From contig CM059432.1 of the NCBI GenBank assembly GCA_030390025.1, positions 76,820,001 to 76,884,000 of the forward strand: DNA of 64,000 nt, in the 5' to 3' direction. Shown here one piece after another: positions 46,787 through 59,707 of the stretch (the first letter of the stretch is position 1; the number at the start of each line of letters is the position of its first letter). This DNA comes from Squalus acanthias. Lineage: Eukaryota. The notes beneath the pieces were generated by a model. It was not told the DNA's origin and did no database searches. It saw only the letters and a program-made list of their open reading frames with translations. The position numbers and the translations under genes were made by a program.

Positions 46787-49432
46787 GGGGGTTAAATTGG
46801 TTAGCCCCTGAAAACAGGTGCAGGGATCGCGATGTGCGATTAACCCGCGCCCGTAGGCAGCACGCCAACTTCGTGCTGCCTGCTCATTATAATTATTGCT
46901 GCATGCAGCCAGCACTCCCCGCGGTGTTCATTGGCTGCACGAATCAGCAGGGGGCCCAATATCGTGAGTGCCTAGCAGCAATTTTCTCTTCAAGCTGCGC
47001 CGTTGCGCAGCCGTGCAGCTGTCTGCTGGTCCCGCACAGGCCGCTTGCCAGCTTTACAATAGGAAAAACTACACTTGCGTGAATTTGAATGGGCCGCGCA
47101 CCCAAAAAAAATTATAGGGAGCATTGCCTAGCAGTACTTAAAGCTAGACTGCACTACTTAAAGCTGGCCTGCACCTTGTAAAGGGGGCTGCATTGAGGCT
47201 GGAGTAGTTGCTGGGAGGCGTTCTACAAGTTAATCTGGCTTGGGAAAGAGTGAAGAATGGCAGACCACGGGAGAGAGAAGACACCAAAGTTTTCGGACGC
47301 TGCACTGGAGGTCTTGGTTGAAGATGTGGAATGGAGGTGAGATGTCCTCTATCCTCAGGGGGGCTGGATACCCTCCAGGCACTTGCGCAGAAGGTAGTGG
47401 CAAGAGATAGTCGCGGAGGTCAATGCCAGGAGTAGAACTCCAAGAGCATGAATGCAATGCAGGAAGAAGTTTAATAATTTCACACGAGTGGTCAAGGTCA
47501 GTGAATGCATCTTCAAATGCCATATCCTACCAACTGCACCATTAGCCTCAGCCACTGGTCAATTCACCACACTCCCATCACTCACCTACCAACAATCGCT
47601 ATCAATCAGAACTCATACCTCACATTCATAGCTGCACCTCACCTTCACACACTTACCACTGCTGCAAGCCTCACACTCACATCTCACAGCTTGCACATAC
47701 TGGCAGCTATTCAACCATGACAGCCGCATCACCTAAACAGATTGCACAACACTCACTGACACACTTCCCTTCTGTTGCAGGAGAAGGTGGCACACAACCG
47801 AAGGCAGCAGGAACTAACCGGAGGGGGATAGGTGCGCCTGCATGCTCTAACCCCCATGGAGGAGATGGCGCTGACCATTATGGGAAGGGCCATTGCTGAG
47901 GCTGTGGCCACCGGCAGGGCAGAATCCATTGAAGATAAGATTATCCACATACCTAATCCTCGTTCTCACATCCCACTTTCCTCTCATCCCACAATCTCTT
48001 CTGACTTACAAGCTGCAGATGGTGCAAGCACGCACTTCTTATTTTCTCCTCTCCTCTCACCACAACTGTACCTTGTCTCTTTTTCCTTTCAGACACCCAA
48101 GAACTCTAACCTGGGCAGGCAGTGGTGGAAGAGCAAGACAAGAGTGAAGATGAAGACATGCTGTCACTCAATTTCACAGTCGCAGCCACCAGTTCAGATA
48201 CTGACACTGTGCGTAATTTAGAGGAAAGCATAGAGGCGAGATCTGCACATGGTAAGACACCGTGTACAAGTGCGCTGGAGTCAGGGCAGGGGGACAGGAT
48301 AGCGCAGGTGCCAGCTCACCGGAGGGCGAGGTCGCACACTAGTTCTGCTGCAGAGGACTCAGGCGATGACTTCGATGGGCCAGGCTACAGAAGAAGGCTT
48401 CTTCTGTAGCCTGGCCCAGTGCACTGGAAAGCCTGCCAGAAAGCCTGCATTCAATGTCAAGGAGCATGGAGGAGTCCAGGACCAACCTTGCACAGGGCTT
48501 TGCGTAGAACTTGGAGGCCATCCTTTCCAACATGGAATGGGTGGCTACCTCCAGCAGCACACCTGCACAACCCACCATGATGCAGCATCTGATGGTCAAT
48601 GTCTCAGCTTCCATTGCAGCACAAGCAGCAGCCACCTGAGTCTGAGAGCTGAGTGGAAGCTCAGACTGCTGCCATGCAATCTCAGCTTGCTGCCATGGAA
48701 GCTCAGACTGCTGTCATCACTGCTCTGGATACCAGTGTGCAAAGGGTCTTCCAGGGCATCATAGCACTCCAGCAACCTGTTGTCCAACAGATACGCACCC
48801 TAAAGACCCTCTGTGGCTATGGCCTCCTGCTGTGAGCCTTTCCCCCCCTCTTCTAGCAACATCTCCTGCACTGCGTGGCCTCTGCTCATTCTCCTAGCCA
48901 TGCTCAATGCCAAGAGGAAGCCCTACTAGGCCACCTAAGTCTGGAAGCAACTGGTTTGTGCACAAGCCTTTATGTCACCAAAAAAGTACTTCAGCACCAG
49001 CCACACCACTCCTTGTAGACTACTGAAACTTTTAACAAGTATGGAAAAGCACCCAGAAGTTGTAGAATTGCAGCAAAAGCCAGAAGAAATAAACCAGCAG
49101 CTAACCTGTTAGTAGTTGATGATCCCTTTAAATAGCGCTGGTGGGGTGTCCTTCATGCCGTTTAACATTGTGTTCAGCTGTGGGAGGTTAAGAGAGAGTG
49201 TAGGCTGGAGCGTGCAGCTCCAAAATGGCAGCACTGGTGTCAAATCAGCATTGCATGCTGATTGACACCATGATCTGCCTGCTCTACATGCTGGCGACTA
49301 ACCCTTTTACAAATATGGTGTTCAACGCACTTCCTGTCGGAATGTGTGCGTGCACCATGGACCCCATTTTGGACGCTTAACGGGCCTTGTAGTGCCCAAA
49401 GATAAGGCGCTACCGAGCCCAATTTCACCGCC
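46787..49432 (+). mobile_element. Harbinger D: Myb-retaining, transposase-deleted relative of element C
   Basis: TSD TTT. TIR GG(G/C)GGT(T/G)AAATTGG. Degraded 3-exon Myb gene from 47257. Colinear with 55480-59614 except for a central deletion at about 48790. Confidence 0.88.
46979..47126. mobile_element. 148-bp hAT-type MITE
   Basis: Perfect 8-bp TSD CCTAGCAG, imperfect TIR CAAT..TC.CT. Absent at the matching position of element C. Confidence 0.8.
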
Positions 49433-51799
49433 TTTATCTTTTATTTTTGTGAAGCCAGGAGTGCTTCTCACGCCTCCACAAAAATACTGCAGTCCGCTGG
49501 CAGCCCGTGCTCACCTCTCTCCAGGATCGCCACACCCCCCTTTCCCCATCCCCATCCCCAAGCCCGACCTGCCAACCGGCCAAGTGTAGGAGCCAACTGA
49601 TTTTCCGCCCTCCCACAACTGATGAGCTGCAGTGGTGCGCCCATTTGGTGCCTACAGTTAGCCGGCTGCATTCAAATGAGGCCGAACATGAAAATGGTTC
49701 GATGCTGGCTTCGGGCAAGCTGCACAGCTGCTCTGATGACCTCTCGCCCATTTTCGGAGGAAGTTAAAAATACCGACCATTATGAATGGTATCATGTCAA
49801 ACAATCAAGTACAGCACTTTTAGGTTTCAAATTACAGCACAATTTACGCATGGAACAGGAACTGAAAAACATTTGCATTGTCAAAATAATGCCAAACTGT
49901 CTGAACAATATCCAACTGAAAGCGTTTATGCTTCGTAATATAGCACATAAGCTTCATTCTCAGTACACATGATACTAGCAGCCAGTTCTTGTGAAGGCCA
50001 GCACTAATCCTGCAATGTTTACCCTTTGGCTTGAGAATGAAGTCATGGGGCAGTACTTGCCTGTAGCTCTTAGGAGGAAGAGCAAAAAAGTGACTTAAGT
50101 AAGTGAACACACCATACTGTGACAGCCCAATAAAGAAACAGTCAAGAAATATTCACAGTAATTATGTAAATAGTAAAATGAAAAGAACGGCTTTTCCTCT
50201 AGGGTTTCACTCCACTTCAATTAAGAACAAGTAATGGGCAGTTTACAAGTTAGCACAAAATGATAATAAATATGATCTAGCAATTAACCTCCATCTATTA
50301 ACTGTGTGATTCTCTGCTTAATCGTCAAGTATGTCCACACATTTTATATCAACATAATCTTCTCTAAGGTCTAATTAAATAATGAAATAGATCATGTGCA
50401 AACAGCAATTTTTAATTATTCAGTAATGCAAGTACCTAAGGATGGTAATAAGCCTTAATAGTAATATAAAGATAATAATTATGTACTTGACATCTAATTA
50501 TCTTCTTAAATAGTAAGAACACAAGCACACAAAATTACTTCACCATTTTTGAAAAATCCAAAGGTCCAGTAAAACAAATATTGATTGCAATTTTGAAAAA
50601 AAATATTATTCCTCAGGCGACTAATAAGCTATTATAGGCCTTAATTGTAGTCTATAAATTTATAATTACATACACTTCCACAAACACATTTTTAATAAAA
50701 TGTTGCAAAACAAATGCCAAGAGATAAAATAAAAGATCAGATATGAGCTGAGAGCAATATAATAGAGATTAGCCAAAATTTCAAGGAAGAAATGTAATAG
50801 TTTCACAAAGCTGTCTCAATTTATAGCTGTCGTCCAAACTCTGGTATTGGGCCACCATCGTGTAACCTCACCACTGTATGTTTTTGCTGCTATAATGTAA
50901 ATTATACAGGCTGGTTTTATTCAGTGTAACTAATGACTTTCAGTAAGGAAGAAAGGACAACCAATTTGTTAATTTGAGTAGTTTTAGATAACAAAAAAAA
51001 TTTGTGCCTAACTATTATAATTATCAACTAATATATCAATTAAACATTGAAGGATTTGTCAACTGAGTTAGCATCTAATTGATGTTTAATAACTTTCACA
51101 CTGAAAAAATAATGACAGTGGCATAATTATTGAAATGTTTCCAACAATAATTTGTATTTTATTAAATGGAAGTCTATGGCCATTTTTAAGTTGAACAACT
51201 CAAATGACTAAAATTACTATAGTGAGTGCAAGTGCTAATGAGAAACATGTCACATTGAAAAATGTTTTCCCTCATAGATACACAGGAGTGACCTTGTGAT
51301 GGTTGTCACTCCAATTTTCCCTCCTCTCACTTAGCACTTCCTCTCCAGAATGACACAGTTGAGATTAGTCGCTCAGTGCTGTGGGTGAAAGCAGTCACTA
51401 ATTTATCTCCCACCATTCCATGGTGCGGTGCATTGAGCATTGCACGACCTGTGTTAAGTACCTTCAAAAATTATCATTCAGAATTTAAAATTAGAAAATA
51501 AAAGTTCACTTCAGAACAATTAAAAACAATTAAGAGGAATTTTGGTTCAACTGAATGAGCAGGTGAAGGAGTCAGTGTATTACTCTAAACATGTGTATCT
51601 TCTGCCACACTGTGGCAAACTAGAACTATTGCACAGAGCACAGAGTATGGGCAGTATTCTATAAAGCTGAATGGTAATGAAATGCATCACTAGTCTCCCA
51701 AGAAATGCTGTGCTTGGATGATTTAAAAAAAAATACAGATTGCATATTCTACTTCAGTGCATTTAATCACTCATCTAAATTGGAAAACTACAAAATACT

Positions 51800-52526
51800 G
51801 GGGTCTGCTTTGGGCACAAACAGGAAATTGCGCCCAAAATGCGCCCGAAATTGCACTGGTTAGGATACAGTTCAAGTTTCTGATAAAATTAATTTGCATA
51901 ATCACAAACAAAAAATCTTCAATAAACCAATGAACCAATGCAATCGGGCAATGTAATAGAATGTAATTGTTTATCTTTTTCCATTAAGAAGTATTCGTTG
52001 ATGTATTTAAGAGTGGTAACCCGGTGCAGTTTTATTAATACAGCTGAAAATGGGTTTATCAAGAAAAATAAGCATTTTTAATAAGAGAGCCCAGTCCTCC
52101 ATCTGTGATAACCTGATTTAAAATCACTGAAAATGACTTAAAAATCTATCCTGAACCGTTTATGCCCTTCATTGGTGTATACAAATCAGTTTCTTCATAA
52201 ATTCAACATTTTTTGATATGAAAAAACTTTTAAAACATGCCTACGAGTGCCTGTGTGCCTCAGAAAATTAGCATAATTTTTAGAGCCTTCCCAAATCAGC
52301 GCAGTCTGCGGAATCTCGCAATGTCGACCTGGGGGCTTGGCCAGTTTTGTGGGTGGGGCCTGATCCGGGCGAATTGAATCTTAAACCAGCATAAAAGATC
52401 ATGGAAAACACAAATGTAAGTGGTTTAGGCTGTAACTCATTTATGTTTAAAATTCCCCGATATTTTGCACTGGTTTGGCTGATTCCACCCAGATTGCATT
52501 GATATTACTAATGGAATCTCTACCCC
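51800..52526. mobile_element. Old Harbinger-type MITE
   Basis: GGGGT...ACCCC ends with TSD ACT. Confidence 0.55.
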
Positions 52527-52538
52527 ACTGTATATAAC

Positions 52539-53280
52539 GGCCCAGATATTCCGATCCCTACGGGTGGATACGCGCTGTGTACCCATCCACAGGGACACCG
52601 GAAATGCCGGTTTCAGGCGCATGCGCTGAAAACCGGCATTTCCGATCTGTCAAGAATGGTCTTGACAGATCCTCCGGCTGCCCTGGAGAAGGGCCTCTGC
52701 GGGCGGATAGTTCCGTTTTTTGGAGACCCTCCACCCGCAGAAAACCCTCACAATTCTTACACCTGGTAAAAGCAGACGTAAGGCCTGCTTTTACCAGGAT
52801 AAGAGTTGAAAAAAGTTTTTAAAAAATTCACTGATTTATCATTTAAAAATACTTTAAAAAAAGGTAAGTTTATTTTTAGCCCTGTAAAAAACTTTAATTA
52901 TTTTTTCAAAAAATTAAATTTTTGTTTAAAATACTTAATTTATTGTAATTTCAAGTCATTTTAAAAATGTGATGTTTTTTTTTATTTATTTAAAGTTTTA
53001 CTATGTTTTTTCATTGATCTCCATTCATATATTTGACAGGTCTTCCTGTCAAATGTATGAAGGGAGATTCCCTCCTGTGATTGGCTCCCCATGGCCCACG
53101 TGATCCCAGGGACGCTGCGAACTACATGCGCCTCTGGGATACGTGGGCCCTGCGCACTTCAAGTTTGGTGAGGCCCAGGAGCGGAAGTGTGTGCGTCCCG
53201 GGAGCCCTCAGGTAAGAGCGCAGATTTTTCCAGATCACAGGCCTCCGCCCGGGTGGGCCTGCGATCGGAAAATACGGGCC
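52539..53280 (+). mobile_element. Harbinger-type MITE, family 1
   Basis: TIR GGCCC...T(A/T)TTCCGATC. Same internal layout as 3178-3915 and 60535-61286. TSD imperfect. Confidence 0.85.
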
Positions 53281-54128
53281 ATTCCTTTACACATTGTTTC
53301 CCCTCATTCTTTCCCTAGTGCACATCTTCACACCTATTTTTCACTGGGCCTTTATATCTTCAAATTTGTCAAACTATTGAGGTTATTCAAATGCTTTATA
53401 TATTACTCCTGATTTTTGGGGAACTATTTTGGCCCACGCTAATTGATGCCTGTAACTGTAGTAATTATGGTGACCAAAAACATGCTTTCTCTTTTGTTTT
53501 AGTGCAATACTTGACTAAATTTGAAGCACTTTAGAAATATAGCTTACAGATTAGTGTGCATTTATTACCAGCAGGAACAATGCTGTGGGTTGAATTTTAA
53601 CCATTCCGGCCAGGCAGGAAATGGACAGCAATGGGTTGGCCATCCATTTTACACCCTGCCCAATTTTTCATTGACTTCTAAACGAAAAGATGAATCCAGT
53701 AATTTCCAGTTGTTAAGGTGTTTAACTTGCATTGTAACTTCAAACATGCCATTAGATGACCTCACCTACCATCAACAATAAATTATCTTGTGACAATGTA
53801 GAAAATATCATGCTCATAGTTTGGTGGTAACTATCTGTATTACAACAACCATTTTGATAGCTCGCCCCAGGTATCTGACAGAACTTTACAGGGTGAGGGA
53901 AAACAGTGGATGCTTAGGCAAAAAGAGAAAATTGAAAAGTTTGGGATGGGACTAAGGCACAAACAAAAAGAAAGGCTTTTATGGGAGTTTTGAAAGCAGG
54001 GAAAGAGGCCTAAATTCCACCTCTTTCCCAGTTCTATGCTCCCCATTGGCACATCTAAGGCTTTGCAGGTTAGATTTAAATAGTCTGCACACGTCTCCTT
54101 ACTCTAATTAACTGACCTCATAATTTAT

Positions 54129-54227
54129 GAGAAGTCGCACAACACCAGGTTATAGTCCAACAGTTTTATTTGAAATTACGAGCTTTCGGAGCTCTGCTCC
54201 TTCTTCAGGTACAGAGATAATTTATAA
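54129..54227 (-). mobile_element. Penelope terminal-repeat fragment with a hammerhead motif
   Basis: Same sequence as the arm at 36583. The minus strand reads CTGAAGA-AGGAGCAGAGCTCC-GAAAGCTC. Candidate TSD CATAATTTAT. Confidence 0.75.
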
Positions 54228-54583
54228 CATAATTTATAGTAGGGTTGGTGTCATGACCTCGTGGCAGCCAGCAATCCCGCCTGCTTCACTTTTGGCAGCA
54301 CAACAGCGGCATGAGAATTTCAGGCCCATTAATCTTCACACATACCCCTAAATAGGTAATTTTCTTGCCAACAAAACAATCACAGCCCACATGAATAGGC
54401 CTGCTATAGCTAAGTTTACTCCATTGTTATTTCATTAAACCTGATGAGCTTCTATAATTTCAAGGATGTTTGGCGTCAAATCAAAATATTGACTTTACAG
54501 AAGAGCAATGGGAGGCAATATATCTGTCCTTGTGCCACCAAGGCATGGGTAGGAATTCAGACAAAATAAAACTAAGATTCAAT

Positions 54584-55476
54584 GGGGTAAAAATTCACTT
54601 GGTTGCGCCTCCCGTTAGCGCCTTAAGAGGGCGCTAATGGGGCGCAAAGCTGCTAACGCCCGGGCGCAGCGATGTTTGCGCCGCTCGAGAACTTAACTTG
54701 AGATTGTGCGGCGGCGCTAAAACTTACCGCTGCGACCACCTGCGCGCGCAGATTGTGACGTCATTCCATGGTGCAACGCCCTTGTGGCGCCCCGGAGCGG
54801 AAATTGAGTGGCGCCCCCTGCCTTACCGCCTGGCGCTTCCAACGACCAGAAGACTGGAACGCTATCAATCGCTGTGGGGCTGGGGGGGGCGCTATTTAAA
54901 GGGGGCCTCTTCCTGTCTTTTATTGTTGGTGGCATTTTTGAACTACGCATTCTGAGAGAGAGAGGGAGAGACTTCTGGAGAGATTCAACGTTGTGTGAAG
55001 GAGTTTTGGGTACTGAGCAGCACTTTGCAGGTTCATTTTGATTTGCCATTCCTTGTATCGATTTAGCAGAGACTGTGGGAGCTGCACTCTGAGCTCTTTG
55101 CCTGGTACTTTCCATTGTTCTTTCCAGCACATTTGATGTGCAAGTCTCTCCAGGCCGAGATTCAAGGCAGCAATGAACAGGATGTGGATGGAAAGCAAGA
55201 TTAACCATCCCCTTTAAGAACTGGCCCGTGCCATTGTGTGTGTGTTCCATTGCTGACTGACATTACATGAGCTTCGCCAGCGCTCCGAGTTAGCGCCTCA
55301 CTGCTCGGCCTTTGCGCCTTAAGAGAGGTGTGCAGCGCCTGCTTTAGCGCTCCACTCACCTCCCGGGGCGGTAAAAGTGAAGTTTCCTGTCAGTGCCGAT
55401 AATTAGCGCCAGGCGCTAATATTTGCGTCCGGACGATATTTGCGCCTCAAATGGGGCGCGACCTAATTTCTACCCC
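54584..55476 (+). mobile_element. Non-autonomous derivative of the Harbinger B family
   Basis: TIR GGGGTA(A/G)AAATT, TSD AAT. Left part resembles 13836-14270 and an internal part resembles 23390-23462. Confidence 0.88.
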
Positions 55477-55660
55477 AATGGGTGCTAAATTGGACAGGAT
55501 CACGATGCGGGATTAATTCGCGCCTGTTGCTTCCGATGCAGGCTACACATCAACTTCGTGCTGCCTGCTAATTAACATGATTGCAGTGGGCAGCCAGCAC
55601 TAACCATGCTGTTGAGTGGCTGCACACCTTAGTAGGGGGCCCAAAATTGTGAGAGGCTTG

Positions 55661-55804
55661 CACCACTTAAAGCCAGCCTGCACCGCTTAAAGCCAGCCTG
55701 CACTGCTTAAAGCCAGCCTGCACCACTTAAAGCCAGCCTGCACTACTTAAAGCCAGCTTGCACTACTTAAAGCCAGCCTGCACCACTTAAAGCCAGCCTG
55801 CACC
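55661..55804 (+). repeat. 20-bp tandem repeat, 7.2 copies (CACYRCTTAAAGCCAGCCTG)
   Basis: Directly visible in the sequence. Confidence 0.97.
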
Positions 55805-55887
55805 TTTTAAATGGGAGGTTCATTATGGCTGGAGCAGGAGATGGAAGCCGTTGTGGAACTCATTCTGACGTGGAAAAAGACTGAATA

Positions 55888-57756
55888 ATGGCACAACATG
55901 GCAGAGAGCGGGCGCCAAGATTTTCTGACGCTGCACTGGAGGCCTTGTTGGAGGAGATGGAGAGGAGGAGAGATGTGGTCTATCCTCAGGGGGGCAGAAG
56001 GGCCTCCAGCCAAACTCTCAGAAGACAGTGGGAGCAGATAGCTGTGGCGGTCAATGCCAGGAGTCAAGCCCCGAGGACCTGGATGCAGTGCCACAAAAAG
56101 TTCAATGGCCTTACATGTGTGTGCAAACTCAGTGAATGTATCTTCAAATGTCATATCCCACCAACTCTACCACTAGCCTCAGCAACTGCTCAATGCACCA
56201 CATCCCCATCACTCACCTACCAACAATCTCTATCAATTAGGACTCATACCTCGCATTCATAGCTTATCCTCACTCTCACACAGTTAGCACTGCTGCAAGC
56301 CTAACATCCACATCTCAAAGCTTGCACACATTGCCAGCTATTCAACCGTAACAGCCGCATCACCAAAACAGATTTCAGGACACTCACTGACACACTTCCC
56401 TTTCTCTTGCAGGACAAGGTGGCACACAACTGGAGGCAGCAGGACCTAACCGGTGGGGGTCAGCCATGGCTGCACGTCCTTACTCCCAAGGAGGAGACGG
56501 TGCTGGCCATCATTGGAGCAGCCATTGCTGAGGCCGTGGCCAGCGGCGGGGCTGAAACCATCGAAGATGACATCCCACTTCCCCCTCATCCCACACTCTC
56601 TTCTGATTTACAACCTGCAGATGGTGTAAGCATACACCTCTTGCTTTACCACCCCTCCTCACCACAACTCTATCCTTGGGCCTTTCTCCTTTCAGATACC
56701 CAAGTACTGCAACCTGGCCAGGCAGTGGTAGAAGAGCAACAGGTGGAAGTGCAAGAAGACAGTGATGACAAAGAAACACCTTCACTCTATTTCACACTCG
56801 CAGCCATCAGTTCAGATGCTGACACTGCGCGTAATTTAGAGGATAGCTTAGAGGCGGGGTCTGCATGTGGTGAGATAACGGGCCTGAGTGGCCTGCAGCC
56901 AAGGTAAGAGGCAAGGGTAGCACAGATGCCAGCTCGCTGGAGGGCGAGGTAGCACACGAGTTCTGCTGCAGAGGACTCAGTTGAGCACTTCAATGGGGCA
57001 GGCTACAGAAGAAGGCTGATGGGTATGCACAATGAAATGCTAGGTGCATTGGCAAGCCTGCCAGAAAGCCTGCGTGCAATGTCAAAGAGCATGGAGGAGT
57101 CCAGCACCAACTTGGCACAGGGCTTTGTGCAGAGCTTGGAGCCCATCCTTTCCAGCATGGAAGTGGTGGCCAACTCCATTAGCACACTTGTGGACCCAAC
57201 CATGATGCAGCATCTGATGACTGATGTCTCAGCTTCTATTGCAGCACCAGCAGAAGTCATCCAACATCTGGGTGCTGCAGTGGAAGCTCAGACTTCAGTC
57301 ATGCAAGCTCAACTTGCTGCCATCATGGCTGCGGATACCAGTGTTCAAAGGGGCTTGCACAGTGTCACAGGAGTCCAGCAATGTCTCCTCCAACAGATTA
57401 CTAGGATTGCTGAGGCGCCGTCCCAGGAGGAGTGGCAGTGGCTCCGTGGAGAATGAACCCGATGTCCTCTATCAGGATGACAGCATTCGTTCTCCCACCC
57501 CTTCCACTTCACCAGTGCCCTTGCTATCTATCAGCCCCTATCAGCTAGCCAGCAAAGACTACTGCCGCCCATGATGAGATGGTGCAGTCTGAAGCTCGGC
57601 ATTTTAGGCCCAGAGTTGCTCAAGGTCATCCTCCAAGGCCATCTGCAATCTCCCCCCACGGAAGGTTCGCAACATTCCACCAGCAATGTTGCAGCCACTG
57701 GGGTAGCACTGCGTAGGAGCACTAGGAGAGGCAGGCACACGGAAGACAGGAATTAA
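55888..57756 (+). pseudogene. Harbinger C Myb/SANT-like gene, 3 exons, disrupted
   Basis: MAQHGRERAPRFSDAALEALL...WEQIA...TWMQCHKKFNGL. Acceptors TCTTGCAG (56412) and CTTTCAG (56696). Stops in exon 3. Confidence 0.9.
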
Positions 57757-57947
57757 AGTAATGCACAAGGGTGATTAGTTGATGTTTGTATACAATATGG
57801 CAAGTTTTGATTTATAAGTTTGGTTTGGAAGGTTTATTTTGTGTTGGCTTTTATTTTTGCATTTTGGCCATGCGGACGCTGTGATGGTCAGTAACAGAGG
57901 GAAGGTAAGGTGTGGGACTGTTAGTGAATGGGTAATTGGGGTTTCCT

Positions 57948-59105
57948 TTACTGGTATCGCAGTTGGATGAGCTGTTCATGGACAGCCCGGCCTGAAAGGG
58001 TCTGTCTAGGTTGCCTCCTCCCTTTTTCCTCCTCCTACTCCTCCTCTTCCTCCTCTTCCTGCTCCTCCTAATGCTCCTCAGCTGCTCGCTGTATGGCAAA
58101 GGCTGTGCCCTCATGATGGCAAGGTTGTGTAGCATGCAGCAGGCCACCACAAATCTTGACACCCGCTCTGCCGAGTACTGCAGGGCTCCTCCAGAGCGGT
58201 CCAGGCAGCGGACGCGTAGTTTCAGCACGCCAATGGTCAGCTCTATCACATTTCATGTGGCAGCATGGCTTTCGTTGTATGCATGCTGCCGCCGTGTGTA
58301 CGTGGGTTGTGCACCAGAGTCATGAGACATGTCGTCAATGGATGGCCTTTGTTGCCCAGTAGCCACCCTTTGGTTTGTTGTGGTGGCTCAAATGCAGGCG
58401 GCACAGCGGACTACCGCAGAATGAAGGCATCATGTATGATACGCTGCGTATAGTCGCACACCAACTGGACATTGAGGGAGTGGAATGTCTTTTGATTGTG
58501 GTGCATCTCGGAGTTGACATGCAGCGCCCGCAAAATGTCGTGTATGCGGTCAATGGCACCCTGCACCATGGGAAAGCCTGCAATCCTCGCAAAGCCACAT
58601 GCTCACTCTGCCTGCTGCTCTCTGGCATGAGAGAATGAAATGTAGTCAGCTCTCTTGGAATACAGAGCCTCAGTGACCTCCTTTACGCAACGGTGGACGG
58701 CAAAATGTGAGATGTTGCAAATATCTCCAGCTCCAGCCTGGAAGGAGCCTGATGCATAAAGGTTCATCACCACGGTCACCTTCACAGCCACTGGCAATGA
58801 GGCCCTCGCTCTGCTCTGAGGTTGCAGTTGTGGCTGCAGCAGGTGGCAGATTTCAGTGAGGACATCCTTAATGAAGCACCAATGTCTCGCACACTGTTTC
58901 TCGCTGAGGTTCAGGAAGGAGAATTGCTCCCTAAACAACCTAGGCGGATACACAACCTTTGACATCACTTTCATCTGTGCCTGCTGAGAGCCCTTCTCCC
59001 CCACCTCCTCTCCCCTCTTCTTGTAGCTTGCTCTGCTCTGTGTCACCTCTTCTCATTCTCCCAGTCATGTTGTATTGCAAGGGGAATGCCTACTACTACA
59101 CCCAT
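57948..59105 (-). pseudogene. Harbinger C transposase, disrupted
   Basis: YPPRLFREQFSFL, LPVAVKVT, ASGSFQ, HSLNVQLVCD, IELTIGVLKLRVRCLD, CCMLHN. Confidence 0.92.
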
Positions 59106-59707
59106 GTCTGGGAGTGAGTTTGTGCAGAAGCCTTTAAGTCTAGACAAAGTCCTTCAGCACCTGCCACTCCACTCCCTGTAGACTTTAGCAACTTTAAAGA
59201 ACTCTAGAAAGCACCAAACACTTGTGCAATCATAGCAAGAGCCAGTAGAAATCAATCAGCAACTAACCTGAAAATATTTGATGATCGTTTTAAATAACGC
59301 TGGTGGGGGTCCTTGCTGCTGCTGAACGTGTGTTCAGCTGTGCGTGCTTAACAGAGGGCGTTCGCTGGAGCATTGAACTCCAAAATGGCAGCGCTGGCAT
59401 CAAATCAGCGTTAGATGCGGATTGACATCATGATCTGCCTACTCTGCATACTTCCGGCGGACATTCACTGCGCGTACGCTAACACCCTCACCAATACAGC
59501 GTCCGATGCGACTCACACCATAAGTATGCACGCACGCCATGGACACCATTTTGGACCTCTAAGGGCATTCGGAGCATCCAAAAAATGGGCACTACGGATC
59601 CAAATTTTGCACTCAATGTATTTACCATACCCCCATATGATTTTACCATTGAGATCCCTCATCTCTTCATATATGCTGCAGAGACTGAGGTCAGATTGGG
59701 AGCCTTG

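Larger units (their letters stand above)
55480..59614. mobile_element. Full-length PIF/Harbinger transposon C (4.1 kb), defective
   Basis: TIR G(G/A)GTGC(T/A)AAATT, TSD AAT. Convergent Myb (+) and transposase (-) genes. Confidence 0.92.

Noticed and set aside
46504..49778. An older MITE hosting Harbinger D
   Set aside because: ATT flanks and GC-rich subterminal sequence are suggestive, but the two ends do not form a convincing TIR.
55661..55804. CRISPR-like array
   Set aside because: The repeats are contiguous with no unique spacers, and the context is eukaryotic.
55888..57756. Host NAIF1/MSANTD gene
   Set aside because: It sits between TIRs with a TSD, has stops and a mutated donor, and has several paralogous TE copies in the window.
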